DNA from: a virus
Strand: one strand, 5' to 3'
Virus record (IMG/VR): IMGVR_UViG_3300045988_024784
Coordinates: 1 to 43,121 of that record
Length of the DNA: 43,121 bases
Positions 25,798 through 34,824 of the stretch are shown in pieces (position 1 is the stretch's first letter; every line of letters starts with the position of its first letter). The notes beneath the pieces are model-generated. The model was not told the DNA's origin and searched no databases. It saw only the letters and a list, made by a program, of their open reading frames with translations. Position numbers and translations under genes: made by a program.

Positions 25798-27165
25798 TTA
25801 CTCCTTATACAATTCTTTACGATATTTAATAGCTTCTAAGAGGGCATCTTGCCCCGCTTCTTTACGTTCTAACGCTTTCATAACCTGCTCGTCCATCGTG
25901 CCCTTTGTTACTAGGTGGTGGATAATCACGGGTTGTGTTTGCCCCTGTCTATGAAGTCGTGCGTTAGCTTGTTGATACTGTTCAAGACTCCATGTCAGCC
26001 CATACCATACGATGATATTGCCACCGGCTTGTAGGTTTAGGCCGTACCCTGCTGATGCGGGATGCGCCAGTAACATTTGTATCTTGCCTTTGTTCCACTC
26101 CGCTACATCATCATCGGTCTTTAGCTCGACCGCTTTTGGGAATGCTTCTTTAATCGATTGAAGGTCATGTTTGAAGTTATAGAACACTAACATCGGTTTT
26201 CCTTCATTCGTTTCTACCAATTCTTTCAATCGTTCAATCTTCTCGTTATGGACAACTACGATTTCACCCTCATCGTTATAAATGGATCCATTCGCCAGTT
26301 GTAACAATTTACCGGCGAGTGCTGCTGCATTCAATGCACTTACGTCGTCATCACTGGCTAAGCTAAGCACGTGCTCACGTTCCATCTGTTTATAGAGTTC
26401 CCATTCTTTGGGGTTCATCTCTACTGTGATAACGTTTTCGATACGTTCAGGTAATGTAAGATAATCCTTAGCTTTTAAGCTCATACAGATATCTTGCATC
26501 TTGCTGAATATCGCCTTATCACCGCCAGGCAGTAATCGGTAACTGTACACGACATGTCCATTTGTTTTGTCCGGTGTAAAGTAGCGTGTACGGTATTCAG
26601 TGATCGTCTTACCTAATCGTTCACCGCCATCTAAGAGGTACATTTGCGCCCAAATATCAAGCAACGTATTCGGTGCCGGTGTACCTGTTAAAATGACAAT
26701 ACGCTTAAACAGTGGACGGAGTTTTCGTATCGCCTTAAACCGTTTAGCCTGTGGGTTCTTAAACGAAGAACTCTCATCGATAACTAACATATCGAAAGGG
26801 AACGATTTTTTCTTATGATAATACTCATATAACCATTGCACGTTCTCACGATTTATCACATAAACGTCAGATTCACTCTCTAAGGCGCGTATGCGCTCCT
26901 TCTCGGAACCTAACACCTTAGCCACCGTTAAACGTCTTGTAGCACTCCATTTTTGCGATTCTTGGGCCCATGTAGATTCTGCTACCTTCTTAGGCGCGAT
27001 GAGTAATACTTTTTTAATGTCAAAGTAATCATACATAAGCCTGTCAATAGCAATCAGTGTAGATACGGTCTTACCTAAGCCCATATCCAGTAACAATCCG
27101 TAATGGGTATTATCAATGATCCGTTGTATTGCAATGCTTTGATACTCGTGCGGATGAAAGTCCAT
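25798..27165 (-). CDS. SNF2-family helicase
   Basis: Motifs LLDMGLGKT (motif I), LVIDESSSFKN (DExx), LTGTP and QANARLHRQGQ (motif VI) are present. Confidence 0.9.
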   Translation of the reverse strand: MDFHPHEYQSIAIQRIIDNTHYGLLLDMGLGKTVSTLIAIDRLMYDYFDIKKVLLIAPKKVAESTWAQESQKWSATRRLTVAKVLGSEKERIRALESESDVYVINRENVQWLYEYYHKKKSFPFDMLVIDESSSFKNPQAKRFKAIRKLRPLFKRIVILTGTPAPNTLLDIWAQMYLLDGGERLGKTITEYRTRYFTPDKTNGHVVYSYRLLPGGDKAIFSKMQDICMSLKAKDYLTLPERIENVITVEMNPKEWELYKQMEREHVLSLASDDDVSALNAAALAGKLLQLANGSIYNDEGEIVVVHNEKIERLKELVETNEGKPMLVFYNFKHDLQSIKEAFPKAVELKTDDDVAEWNKGKIQMLLAHPASAGYGLNLQAGGNIIVWYGLTWSLEQYQQANARLHRQGQTQPVIIHHLVTKGTMDEQVMKALERKEAGQDALLEAIKYRKELYKE

Positions 27166-27445
27166 GTATCGCCCTTTCTATATCATCAACAAATAACTTG
27201 GCATCAGACATCCCAGTTACTACAAACACCAAGGCGCCTTGTTTTCGTAATCGTGAAATCTGTACTCGTTGGTTAGCCATTAGCTTCCCTGTTGTATCCT
27301 TTAACTCGACGAATATAACCCCGCCTCCAGGAAGTACAATAATCCGATCCGGCACACCATCATTTCCAGGTGACACGAATTTCATATATATACACCCCAT
27401 TTTTTTGAGTTGATTTCCTAACCATCGCTCGATGTCTTTTTCCAT
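27113..27445 (-). CDS. VRR-NUC domain nuclease
   Basis: GVPDRIIVLPGG..FVELKD...ANQRVQISRLRKQG matches the D-ExK VRR-NUC layout. Confidence 0.8.
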   Translation of the reverse strand: MEKDIERWLGNQLKKMGCIYMKFVSPGNDGVPDRIIVLPGGGVIFVELKDTTGKLMANQRVQISRLRKQGALVFVVTGMSDAKLFVDDIERAIHGLSSARVSKHCNTTDH

Positions 27446-27464
27446 GTTCTCACCTCGTTCTCAT

Positions 27465-27856
27465 TTAATAATTGGACACACCCTCGGACACGCCTATGAA
27501 CCCGCACCAATACTGGATTTATAGGGGGGGGTGTGTCCGATGTGCCCGATTTTTTTCCAACATATATATATACGCGTATTTGCGTTTTTTACGCTTATAT
27601 ATATACACCCATTTATTCATATATTTATTTTTTTATTTTTATATAAATAATTGGACACACTGGACACATATTACTATTTAGATTAGTAGTTATCTATTTT
27701 TTAGCCGTGTCCGATTAGTGTGTCCAAGCGTGTCTAGTGTGTCCAATTATTGCACTACATCAAAATTCATCGATGTATATGCAAGTATAATTATTTTTAC
27801 GAACATTTATACCTATTAAATAATTGGATACACCTCAAATAATTGGACACACCTAC
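27465..27856. repeat. Putative origin of replication: AATAATTGGACACAC iterons flanking an AT-rich region
   Basis: Full 15-mers lie at 27467-27481, 27646-27660 and 27838-27852 (direct), 27737-27751 (inverted), and a variant at 27819-27833. There are at least 5 additional exact GGACAC/GTGTCC cores plus a GTGTCT variant. The AT-rich tract at 27560-27645 has an ATATATATA...TATATATATA inverted repeat. Confidence 0.7.
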
Positions 27857-30267
27857 TTATCATGATTTCGTTTATGCATTGACAGGAGGTCTGAACCTTC
27901 CTTTATAAACGCTCTTTGCGGTCCGTAAAGCCTGCCAAAACGTGCCTTTCCTGTCCCTTTTGTATACGGGTTCCAGCCTGGCGTTGATTGCAAGATATCT
28001 ATAATCTCTCTTGCCTTTGCGTTCTGCAGGTTCTTCCTGTCCCCGCCAAGCACTTCACACCATATCTCAAGGGCACACACTCGTTCCCGCTGCACTGAAC
28101 CACAATGATCGTCATCGCCATAATTAGCGACATAATCTCGTCTATCGTAGATATCCATTGTTTCCCAGTCTTCAGGAAGTAGCATATCGAGGTATTCCTC
28201 AATAAGCCCTACGAGTTCACCGCCTTCTGTATGGGATAATTGAATTCTAAGGGCTTCTTCTTCAAGTGCTCCTTCAAGTACTAACGGTTCACCTTCAGTC
28301 CAGTAGTGGTATGCCTCTGCCAATAATTGGTCAATTTCATCTTTTGACAAGTCCCAGGAGTTCTTTGTCTTCCGGTCTTTGTCTCCAGTAATTGGCCAGA
28401 ATCGGCGGTTACCGGTACGGTCTTTAAGGAACATAAGATTGTTAGTGGAACCAGCGAATACACACTGACGAGGGTACTCTTCGGTGCGTCTACCGTAAGG
28501 TGAACGGAACCGGTCAGAAGTACGGCTGATAAAAGCCTTAACGATTTCATTATCGTTCTTGTAGGTCGGTGCCAGTTCGGCAAGTTCGACTATCCAGGAG
28601 CCCTGAATTTGTTCTAGTGCGTCTTTGGTTTTGATATCAACTAAGGAGTTATTAAACCATTTACGGCCTAACCGCTCCAAGATTAATGATTTACCGAGAC
28701 CTTGTGCACCGTATAATACAATTGCCGTATCAAACTTAACGCCTGGATCCATAACACGGGCTACCGCACCACACATCCATTTACGGGTAACGGCCCTAAT
28801 GTACTCGGTATCCTCGGCTCCAATGTAGTCGATAAAGAGAGTATCGAGTCTACATTCACCATCCCAAGTTAAGCCGGTTAAGTACTGGCGAACTGGATGG
28901 AATTTATTATCTTGCGTTACTTCCTGGAGCGCATCGTCGATAATGCCTTTACCCTTGATAAGGTATTTAGTAGCGAAGTAGTTACGTAGGCACGCATCGT
29001 CGGTATCCGTCCAGTAAGGGGTTTCGTCCTTATCGCGCCACGGAAGGTCGTCAATCACGACTAAGCGGTGCGCAAATTCGTCGAGTCGAATTTTACCTTT
29101 TAAAGAAGGGTCCTGTTTAAGTACTACTAAACAGTTGAACACATCCGATTCAGGAGTACCGTTTTTATCACGCTTTAGCTTTGACAAAAAGTCCTCGTCA
29201 TCGTCTGTGATATCCTCGAACTCCATATCCGCCATACGTTCTTTATCGAGCAGGATTGGTGCAGCGCCGTCTTCGTTTACAAAGTCAATCATGTCTTTGT
29301 AACTTGGTAATTTAGTGACGCTGGTCTCATCTGCTGGGTCCTTATCTCCGAATAAGTGGATCCGGACAAGGTCAAACGCATTAACAAGCTTACCGCTGAT
29401 AGGGTCGGTCGCATGGTTGGAGTAAGCGAAGGTATCGTTATCGTAAATCACTAAGCCACCTACTGAGCTACCAGCTACATACGTGTATCGGTCTTCAACC
29501 GCTGTAGGTTCATAGACTTCAGGGAGAAACTTATGTATCGCTTCCGTGATACTGTAGCACCGGCAAAAAGCACCAATAAGGCCCTTTTTCTCTAATGGAT
29601 TGCCTTGCTTCTTGGCCGCATCAAGGCGAATTTGTGATTCCTTCTCTGATGTTGGCCAAAGGCTCGTATCACGCCAGTCTCTGTAAGTACCTAAATACGT
29701 ATCGACGGAAACTAGAGAGCCTTCGCTATGCTGGTAAACATACTCAACGTCCTTAGGATGGCTTGGCCAATACATAAGCCGTTCAGCCTGGTGTGTGGAT
29801 GGGTCGAAGAATTCAATACCGATGTTATCAGCAATCCGTCTCGAGACTGCTTGATACTCATCCGGTGTCATCGGTCTATCGACTGGGATAATTACGCGAT
29901 ATCGTGGATTGTCAGCCGTGTGGCTATGTGTGCTGTATAGTACATACTCCATACCGCCTAATTCCATATCTAGGTCTACGATAAAATCTTCGCCAGGGTT
30001 ATCCGCATCAAGAGTAATAAGATATCGCTCTTTAACAGCACCTCTAATCCGTCTACCTTTATTAGGAATATAGCCACCTACAAAACCGCCGACGTCTTTC
30101 TTTTGGCCTCGATCAGCTTTAGACATCTTGGCGTATTCAGCAGCCGTTTCATTCGTTACAGTAGGCTCGGCCAATTTATTGGCCAACGCACTCCAAGTCA
30201 TTTTCTGAGACTTCCAGCTACGGGCGGAGCGACTTCTGCCCGTAGCTATGATGATATTTGTATCCAT
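27853..30267 (-). CDS. Primase-helicase (VirE/D5-type, P-loop). The start is moved to ATG 30267.
   Basis: Walker A is YGAQGLGKS, and the N-terminal primase-polymerase-like region includes ITLDADN. GGGAGGAG lies 9 nt upstream of ATG 30267, whereas the ORF-track start overlaps the upstream gene. Confidence 0.85.
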   Translation of the reverse strand: MDTNIIIATGRSRSARSWKSQKMTWSALANKLAEPTVTNETAAEYAKMSKADRGQKKDVGGFVGGYIPNKGRRIRGAVKERYLITLDADNPGEDFIVDLDMELGGMEYVLYSTHSHTADNPRYRVIIPVDRPMTPDEYQAVSRRIADNIGIEFFDPSTHQAERLMYWPSHPKDVEYVYQHSEGSLVSVDTYLGTYRDWRDTSLWPTSEKESQIRLDAAKKQGNPLEKKGLIGAFCRCYSITEAIHKFLPEVYEPTAVEDRYTYVAGSSVGGLVIYDNDTFAYSNHATDPISGKLVNAFDLVRIHLFGDKDPADETSVTKLPSYKDMIDFVNEDGAAPILLDKERMADMEFEDITDDDEDFLSKLKRDKNGTPESDVFNCLVVLKQDPSLKGKIRLDEFAHRLVVIDDLPWRDKDETPYWTDTDDACLRNYFATKYLIKGKGIIDDALQEVTQDNKFHPVRQYLTGLTWDGECRLDTLFIDYIGAEDTEYIRAVTRKWMCGAVARVMDPGVKFDTAIVLYGAQGLGKSLILERLGRKWFNNSLVDIKTKDALEQIQGSWIVELAELAPTYKNDNEIVKAFISRTSDRFRSPYGRRTEEYPRQCVFAGSTNNLMFLKDRTGNRRFWPITGDKDRKTKNSWDLSKDEIDQLLAEAYHYWTEGEPLVLEGALEEEALRIQLSHTEGGELVGLIEEYLDMLLPEDWETMDIYDRRDYVANYGDDDHCGSVQRERVCALEIWCEVLGGDRKNLQNAKAREIIDILQSTPGWNPYTKGTGKARFGRLYGPQRAFIKEGSDLLSMHKRNHDK

Positions 30268-30268
30268 A

Positions 30269-31942
30269 TTACATCGCTCCTCCCTTCGCAAACTGGATAT
30301 CTCGTACATACGCCGGAACGCATAAGCCGTGAGATGATACCCACTGCGTTACAGCTCCGTTGATATCGTGGTCTTCATATACACCACGATTATTTTTAAG
30401 TTTAGCCTGATGTATCTCTACGAAGTCATCCGCATCATTAACGGGGTTAACTTCGATACACGCTACAGGCTCGTTACATTTATAGACACCTACGATAGCA
30501 CACGTTTCAGCTTTTACTTTTTTGATATAGGAGCTTACACAGTTATTAAGCTGAATACCCATATCAATGATGCCGTGAGTAGAACCGATGGCCATAAAGC
30601 GATAACCGTTAACTGTATCGGCTAACACACGATGTGCTTTACGCTGCTGCACGATTTCGTCTTCCACCTTGTCAAACTTTTGCATTCTCGAGATTGTATC
30701 ATGTAGGTTACGCACCTGGATGCGACTACCCCATACCTCTTTACGGCGACTTCTCGATAACTCAAAATACATACTAGCTGTATCTCTGATATCGTGATAG
30801 GAAGGCGCATTTCTAATGAATAAGAACGCCTGGCGCTCGCCGTATTGATGGCTAAGGATGTTAATAAATTTACGAATAACCGATAAATCGCGGTCATCAC
30901 GCCATAAGGGCCAAGACTGAATATAACTTGTATTATCAGCGTTATTTTTAACGACATCGACCATAGCCTTTTGGTAGTCCTTGTTCTTAAATAACGTAGA
31001 CATAACTTTGATGATCTTCGCGTAGAAGAACGGCCTATCGTGTAATAACCGACGAACCCATCGGGTATCAGGTAAATTGTGAGCCTTGATTAAGGCTTGC
31101 ACAAAGGAGTTGCCTTTTATAGTTAACTCTAATACGTTACCCATACCAAGTGTCTCGTTAGGGAATTTCCGATTATAGAAGTCATCATAGTCTCGTTTAA
31201 GACTATCATTGATAGCCGGTGCATCCGGAGCTTGTAATTTCCATACTAAGTTATGAAGTAGGTTATCTAAAGCTCCGTACTTGTTAGATACCTGTACGCC
31301 TTGTCTAAGGCGTTTGACTTTATATCCTACGACCTTTGATAGCTTTTTGAAGAACACTTCTTTTAACACCTTGGCGAAACGTTTCAGCTCTTCTTGGTGA
31401 TTATGTAACCTGCAGTCAGGTGTGGCTACGAACCAAACTAATGATAAAGGACCATTTCTTAAGCCCGCAGGGGATACCATCGATTCTTCGACGACGTCGC
31501 TGCGTGAGCGTTTCTTAAGTATGATAAAGGTTTTTCTTTGTTTGAAGTCGAATCGTACCACATCGATGACATGAGATTTATAACCTTTATATATCATCCC
31601 CGTATCGCCGTCCGCGTACACCGTATCGTACTCAAATTGCACGTCCAATTTATCGCCCCTATCTATAATTGATAGGTCTAAGGAGAGAGGAACTGTGGCG
31701 CTATACCCAACTTCCGCAGTAAACCCTTTAGCATTGATCCGCTCACCGCATTTTGGGCAATAGAACTCATTTGATTCCCGGCAAGGCACTATCCCGAACC
31801 CATTAGATTCCATTGGCCAAAGGTTAGCAAAGGAGTGCCCGCAATCCACGTGGTAATGGCTCGCAGGGTTAAAAGGTGACACTTGTTTGCGCCGCACTAG
31901 GTCGTACAGCTGTTGTACTTGTAGATTGAATAAGACCTTCAT
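30269..31942 (-). CDS. Large protein of unknown function with a PcfJ-like C-terminal region and an N-terminal Cys/His cluster
   Basis: The C-terminal part reads GIQLNNCVSSYIKKVKAETCAIVGVY...IEV...EIHQAKLKNN. The N-terminal part has H..C..H...CPKCGE. Confidence 0.6.
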   Translation of the reverse strand: MKVLFNLQVQQLYDLVRRKQVSPFNPASHYHVDCGHSFANLWPMESNGFGIVPCRESNEFYCPKCGERINAKGFTAEVGYSATVPLSLDLSIIDRGDKLDVQFEYDTVYADGDTGMIYKGYKSHVIDVVRFDFKQRKTFIILKKRSRSDVVEESMVSPAGLRNGPLSLVWFVATPDCRLHNHQEELKRFAKVLKEVFFKKLSKVVGYKVKRLRQGVQVSNKYGALDNLLHNLVWKLQAPDAPAINDSLKRDYDDFYNRKFPNETLGMGNVLELTIKGNSFVQALIKAHNLPDTRWVRRLLHDRPFFYAKIIKVMSTLFKNKDYQKAMVDVVKNNADNTSYIQSWPLWRDDRDLSVIRKFINILSHQYGERQAFLFIRNAPSYHDIRDTASMYFELSRSRRKEVWGSRIQVRNLHDTISRMQKFDKVEDEIVQQRKAHRVLADTVNGYRFMAIGSTHGIIDMGIQLNNCVSSYIKKVKAETCAIVGVYKCNEPVACIEVNPVNDADDFVEIHQAKLKNNRGVYEDHDINGAVTQWVSSHGLCVPAYVRDIQFAKGGAM

Positions 31943-31958
31943 GAGGCACTATCCTTTC

Positions 31959-32279
31959 TTATAACAAATCGTCTAAATCGTATTCTTCAGGAGTTTCCTC
32001 AACTACTGGAGCTTCTTTCTTTTTAGTAGTACGTTTACGTTTTGGTTTTGGTTCTTCCGAAACAGTATGCTCTTCTACCTTTGGCGGTTCCTCAGTCTTA
32101 GGAGCTTCTGCTTTCTTGCCATTTAATATCTTAAGCGCGAGGTCGCAAGCAGCAATACATCCTTCGCAGTACGCCATAGCTGTATCTTTACGTTCGCTAG
32201 CTGGTGCATCTTTTACGAGTTCATATAAGCCGTCGATTGCTTCGCGTTGTTGTTGAATTTGTTGTTTTGAGAGTTTCAT
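31959..32279 (-). CDS. Hypothetical protein with a Lys/Glu/Pro-rich tail
   Basis: ORF with an RBS, lying between the polymerase and the PcfJ-like gene. Confidence 0.6.
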   Translation of the reverse strand: MKLSKQQIQQQREAIDGLYELVKDAPASERKDTAMAYCEGCIAACDLALKILNGKKAEAPKTEEPPKVEEHTVSEEPKPKRKRTTKKKEAPVVEETPEEYDLDDLL

Positions 32280-32292
32280 AAGAATTGTCCTC

Positions 32293-34227
32293 CTAATCCT
32301 TCATGTAGTAAGGGTTTTCAAACCCCGCTGCATTTAATATAAGGCCCTCATTCCAGGGCTCAGGTTCGCACATTATATCTATGACTTCATCTAAACTGCC
32401 TTCGCCTATTGGCGCTTCGATAACCACTTCGTCGTGGATGTGGGCTACAATTTTGTAACCAGCTTTGGCCAGTCTGAGCATCGATGCGGCTAAGCAATCT
32501 CTTGCCACTGCCTGTACAATGTTTTCGACGAGCTTTCCGCCGTAGGTCTCAACTCTGCCCCATGTATTCTTAACCTGATCCATACCGTCATACTCAATCG
32601 ATTCACTGCCGAATCTGTTAAGCCCGAGTCTAGGTCTTGCATAGGCAAGTCTTCGACCGGACGGTAATTCGATGAACAGGAAGCCTTTCGATTTAAAGAA
32701 TTTAATATTGCCTTGTCTAATTCGTACGGGTTCTCCTGTTCTCACGACTTGCTTTGCTGCGCTGTCTGCATCTTTCCAAAATCTCGTAATTCGTGGACTA
32801 GCTTGTCGCCAAGCTTCGATGATACCAGGTAGTTCCTTCTCAGGAATTTCCCCTTTTGAATCCATCGCTTTCATGGCTCCTACACCGCCACCATACCCTA
32901 GCGCTAATTCAGCTACCTTGCCTTTTTGGCGAAGGTGTCCATTGACGCCGTGCTTCTCGACTGGTACGTGGAACATGCTTGATGCGGATGCACAGTAGAT
33001 ATCTCCACCTTGAGCGAATACATCCTGGCGCCACTGCTCGTGAGCAAGCCAGGCGATAACACGTGCTTCAATAGCACTAAAGTCAGCTACAATAAATCGG
33101 TGTCCGCCTTCTGCTACAAGAGCAGTACGGATAAGTTGCTTAATCACATCGCCAGGGTTTCCGTATAGTAGGTCTAGCATTTCTACGTCTCTACTTTTAA
33201 GGACGTCCCTGGCTGTGTCTAAATCTTCTAGGTAGTTACGAGGTAGGTTCTGTAGTTGTACTACACGACCCGCCCATCGTCCACTACGCATAGCCCCATA
33301 AAACTGAAGCATGCCGTGGATGCGACCATCTGAACATACAGCGTTTTTCATGGCCAAGTATTTTTTGATGGAGGAATTACCGAGCACCTGTCTATTTTGC
33401 AGTACCTTGCGCACATCAGAGGGGATATCCTGTTCCAAGAGGCTTGATACATCGTCTTTTCTCATTGTTTCTAGATCATATCCCAGTCTTGCAGTTAGCC
33501 ACTCTTTAAGTTGCATAGTACTATTCGGATTCTCTAATCCGGTTAATAGTTTAGATGACTCGGTAGCTTCTTCCACGATTTCGTCGTTACAAGCAAGCGC
33601 TGCATTGACGAGTTCCATATCTACTTTCACACCTCGCCAGTTAATATCTTGGTCGAGTAACCAGTACTCGTGCTCGATAGCCGGTGGTTTCAGCGAAAGT
33701 AAGCGTTTACGAATTGCCTTTTCTACTACCACGTCCTGGCGGTTATACTCAATATATTCCGCCCATTTCTCAGGCGCATCCTCTGGCATATTTCGTGTCT
33801 TAGGATTCGTCTTAGTTGGTTTTCGTGGCACAGAGAAAAACTGAATTAAGCGTTTACCTCTTGAGTCCTTGGCTTCTCCTAGTTTCAAAGCCTTAGACAC
33901 ATTATCAAGGCTAGCCGGTAAGCTACAATACAAAGCTAGTACAGAAGTACATTCCCAGTTCGTGTAATCCGCATCAGGGTAATACTTTTTTAGACAAAGC
34001 ATTTCGAATGCTGCGTTAAAGGCGGTCTTTGTAATTTCCTTGTTATACAAAGCGTCCACCACCCTTTCGGGTAGTGGATCCTTTGTCATATCAATTACTT
34101 CGACCGGTTCGTCATCGAAGCTGTAGGCAAAGAGCAGTATTTCAAATGTTGTATCATCAACGTATCGCTGGGCCCCATATTTAATAGGGCAGTCAGAATA
34201 CGTTTCCACATCAATACTGAGCTCCAT
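32293..34227 (-). CDS. Family A DNA polymerase with an N-terminal 3'-5' exonuclease-like domain
   Basis: Motifs are IDVETYS (exo I-like), DFSAIEARV (motif A), RQKGKVAELALGYGGG (motif B) and HIHDEVVIE (motif C). Confidence 0.9.
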   Translation of the reverse strand: MELSIDVETYSDCPIKYGAQRYVDDTTFEILLFAYSFDDEPVEVIDMTKDPLPERVVDALYNKEITKTAFNAAFEMLCLKKYYPDADYTNWECTSVLALYCSLPASLDNVSKALKLGEAKDSRGKRLIQFFSVPRKPTKTNPKTRNMPEDAPEKWAEYIEYNRQDVVVEKAIRKRLLSLKPPAIEHEYWLLDQDINWRGVKVDMELVNAALACNDEIVEEATESSKLLTGLENPNSTMQLKEWLTARLGYDLETMRKDDVSSLLEQDIPSDVRKVLQNRQVLGNSSIKKYLAMKNAVCSDGRIHGMLQFYGAMRSGRWAGRVVQLQNLPRNYLEDLDTARDVLKSRDVEMLDLLYGNPGDVIKQLIRTALVAEGGHRFIVADFSAIEARVIAWLAHEQWRQDVFAQGGDIYCASASSMFHVPVEKHGVNGHLRQKGKVAELALGYGGGVGAMKAMDSKGEIPEKELPGIIEAWRQASPRITRFWKDADSAAKQVVRTGEPVRIRQGNIKFFKSKGFLFIELPSGRRLAYARPRLGLNRFGSESIEYDGMDQVKNTWGRVETYGGKLVENIVQAVARDCLAASMLRLAKAGYKIVAHIHDEVVIEAPIGEGSLDEVIDIMCEPEPWNEGLILNAAGFENPYYMKD

Positions 34228-34237
34228 AATTGCCTCC

Positions 34238-34798
34238 TTAGATTAAATCGTCATCGTCTAGGTCGCCTAAATCATCGTCCCCAAAGTCGCTAGCAGATAC
34301 ATGAACACCACCAAGGCGGTCACCATCTTTAACTTTACGAACACCATTTAGGCCAAAGCCTACACCTTTTTTACCGTTGAAGTTATAAGCGAATACGGAA
34401 AGTGCTACCTGCGCGTATACACCGGAGTAAATTTCTTCTTCGATGTCGAATTGGTCCATCTTGATTTTGTCACGAGTGAATACGATAGGTTGTTTATCGC
34501 TGTTAGCGTTGATGAAGAATTTACCAGCGTATGTTTCAGGTTGGTCTGCTACTGCTTCATCTGTATCGCCATCGCGTAAGTTCAATTTAAGGTAAGCTGC
34601 TTTACCTTCTACCTTAGCTACTGCTTTTGGATCAGCCTTAAGTTCTTCAATCGCACGTTCAAATGCTTTGATTGTCTTCTTATCTGTTTTGTCGATGATG
34701 ATTTGGGAGCTATATTTTGCTTTGCCGTCGTCGTTTTTACGAGGTTGAGCGATGTTTGCATAGGAAAGTCTTACGATACCAGTTGTTAATTTAGCCAT
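34238..34798 (-). CDS. DUF2815-like phage ssDNA-binding protein
   Basis: The N-terminus VRLSYANIAQPR and the acidic C-terminal tail DDLGDLDDDDLI are typical. It sits in the conserved position next to the polymerase. Confidence 0.8.
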   Translation of the reverse strand: MAKLTTGIVRLSYANIAQPRKNDDGKAKYSSQIIIDKTDKKTIKAFERAIEELKADPKAVAKVEGKAAYLKLNLRDGDTDEAVADQPETYAGKFFINANSDKQPIVFTRDKIKMDQFDIEEEIYSGVYAQVALSVFAYNFNGKKGVGFGLNGVRKVKDGDRLGGVHVSASDFGDDDLGDLDDDDLI

Positions 34799-34824
34799 TG
34801 TTACGGTCTCCTTCTTTAAATGAA

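Noticed and set aside
27472-27681. 69-aa plus-strand ORF in the origin region
   Set aside because: It is made of iterons and the AT-rich tract (low-complexity FYIY repeats) and has no RBS.
27465-27856. Possible CRISPR array, suggested by the repeated GGACAC-containing motif
   Set aside because: The repeats are short, irregularly spaced, occur in both orientations and surround an AT-rich tract. There are no cas genes. The pattern fits origin iterons much better.
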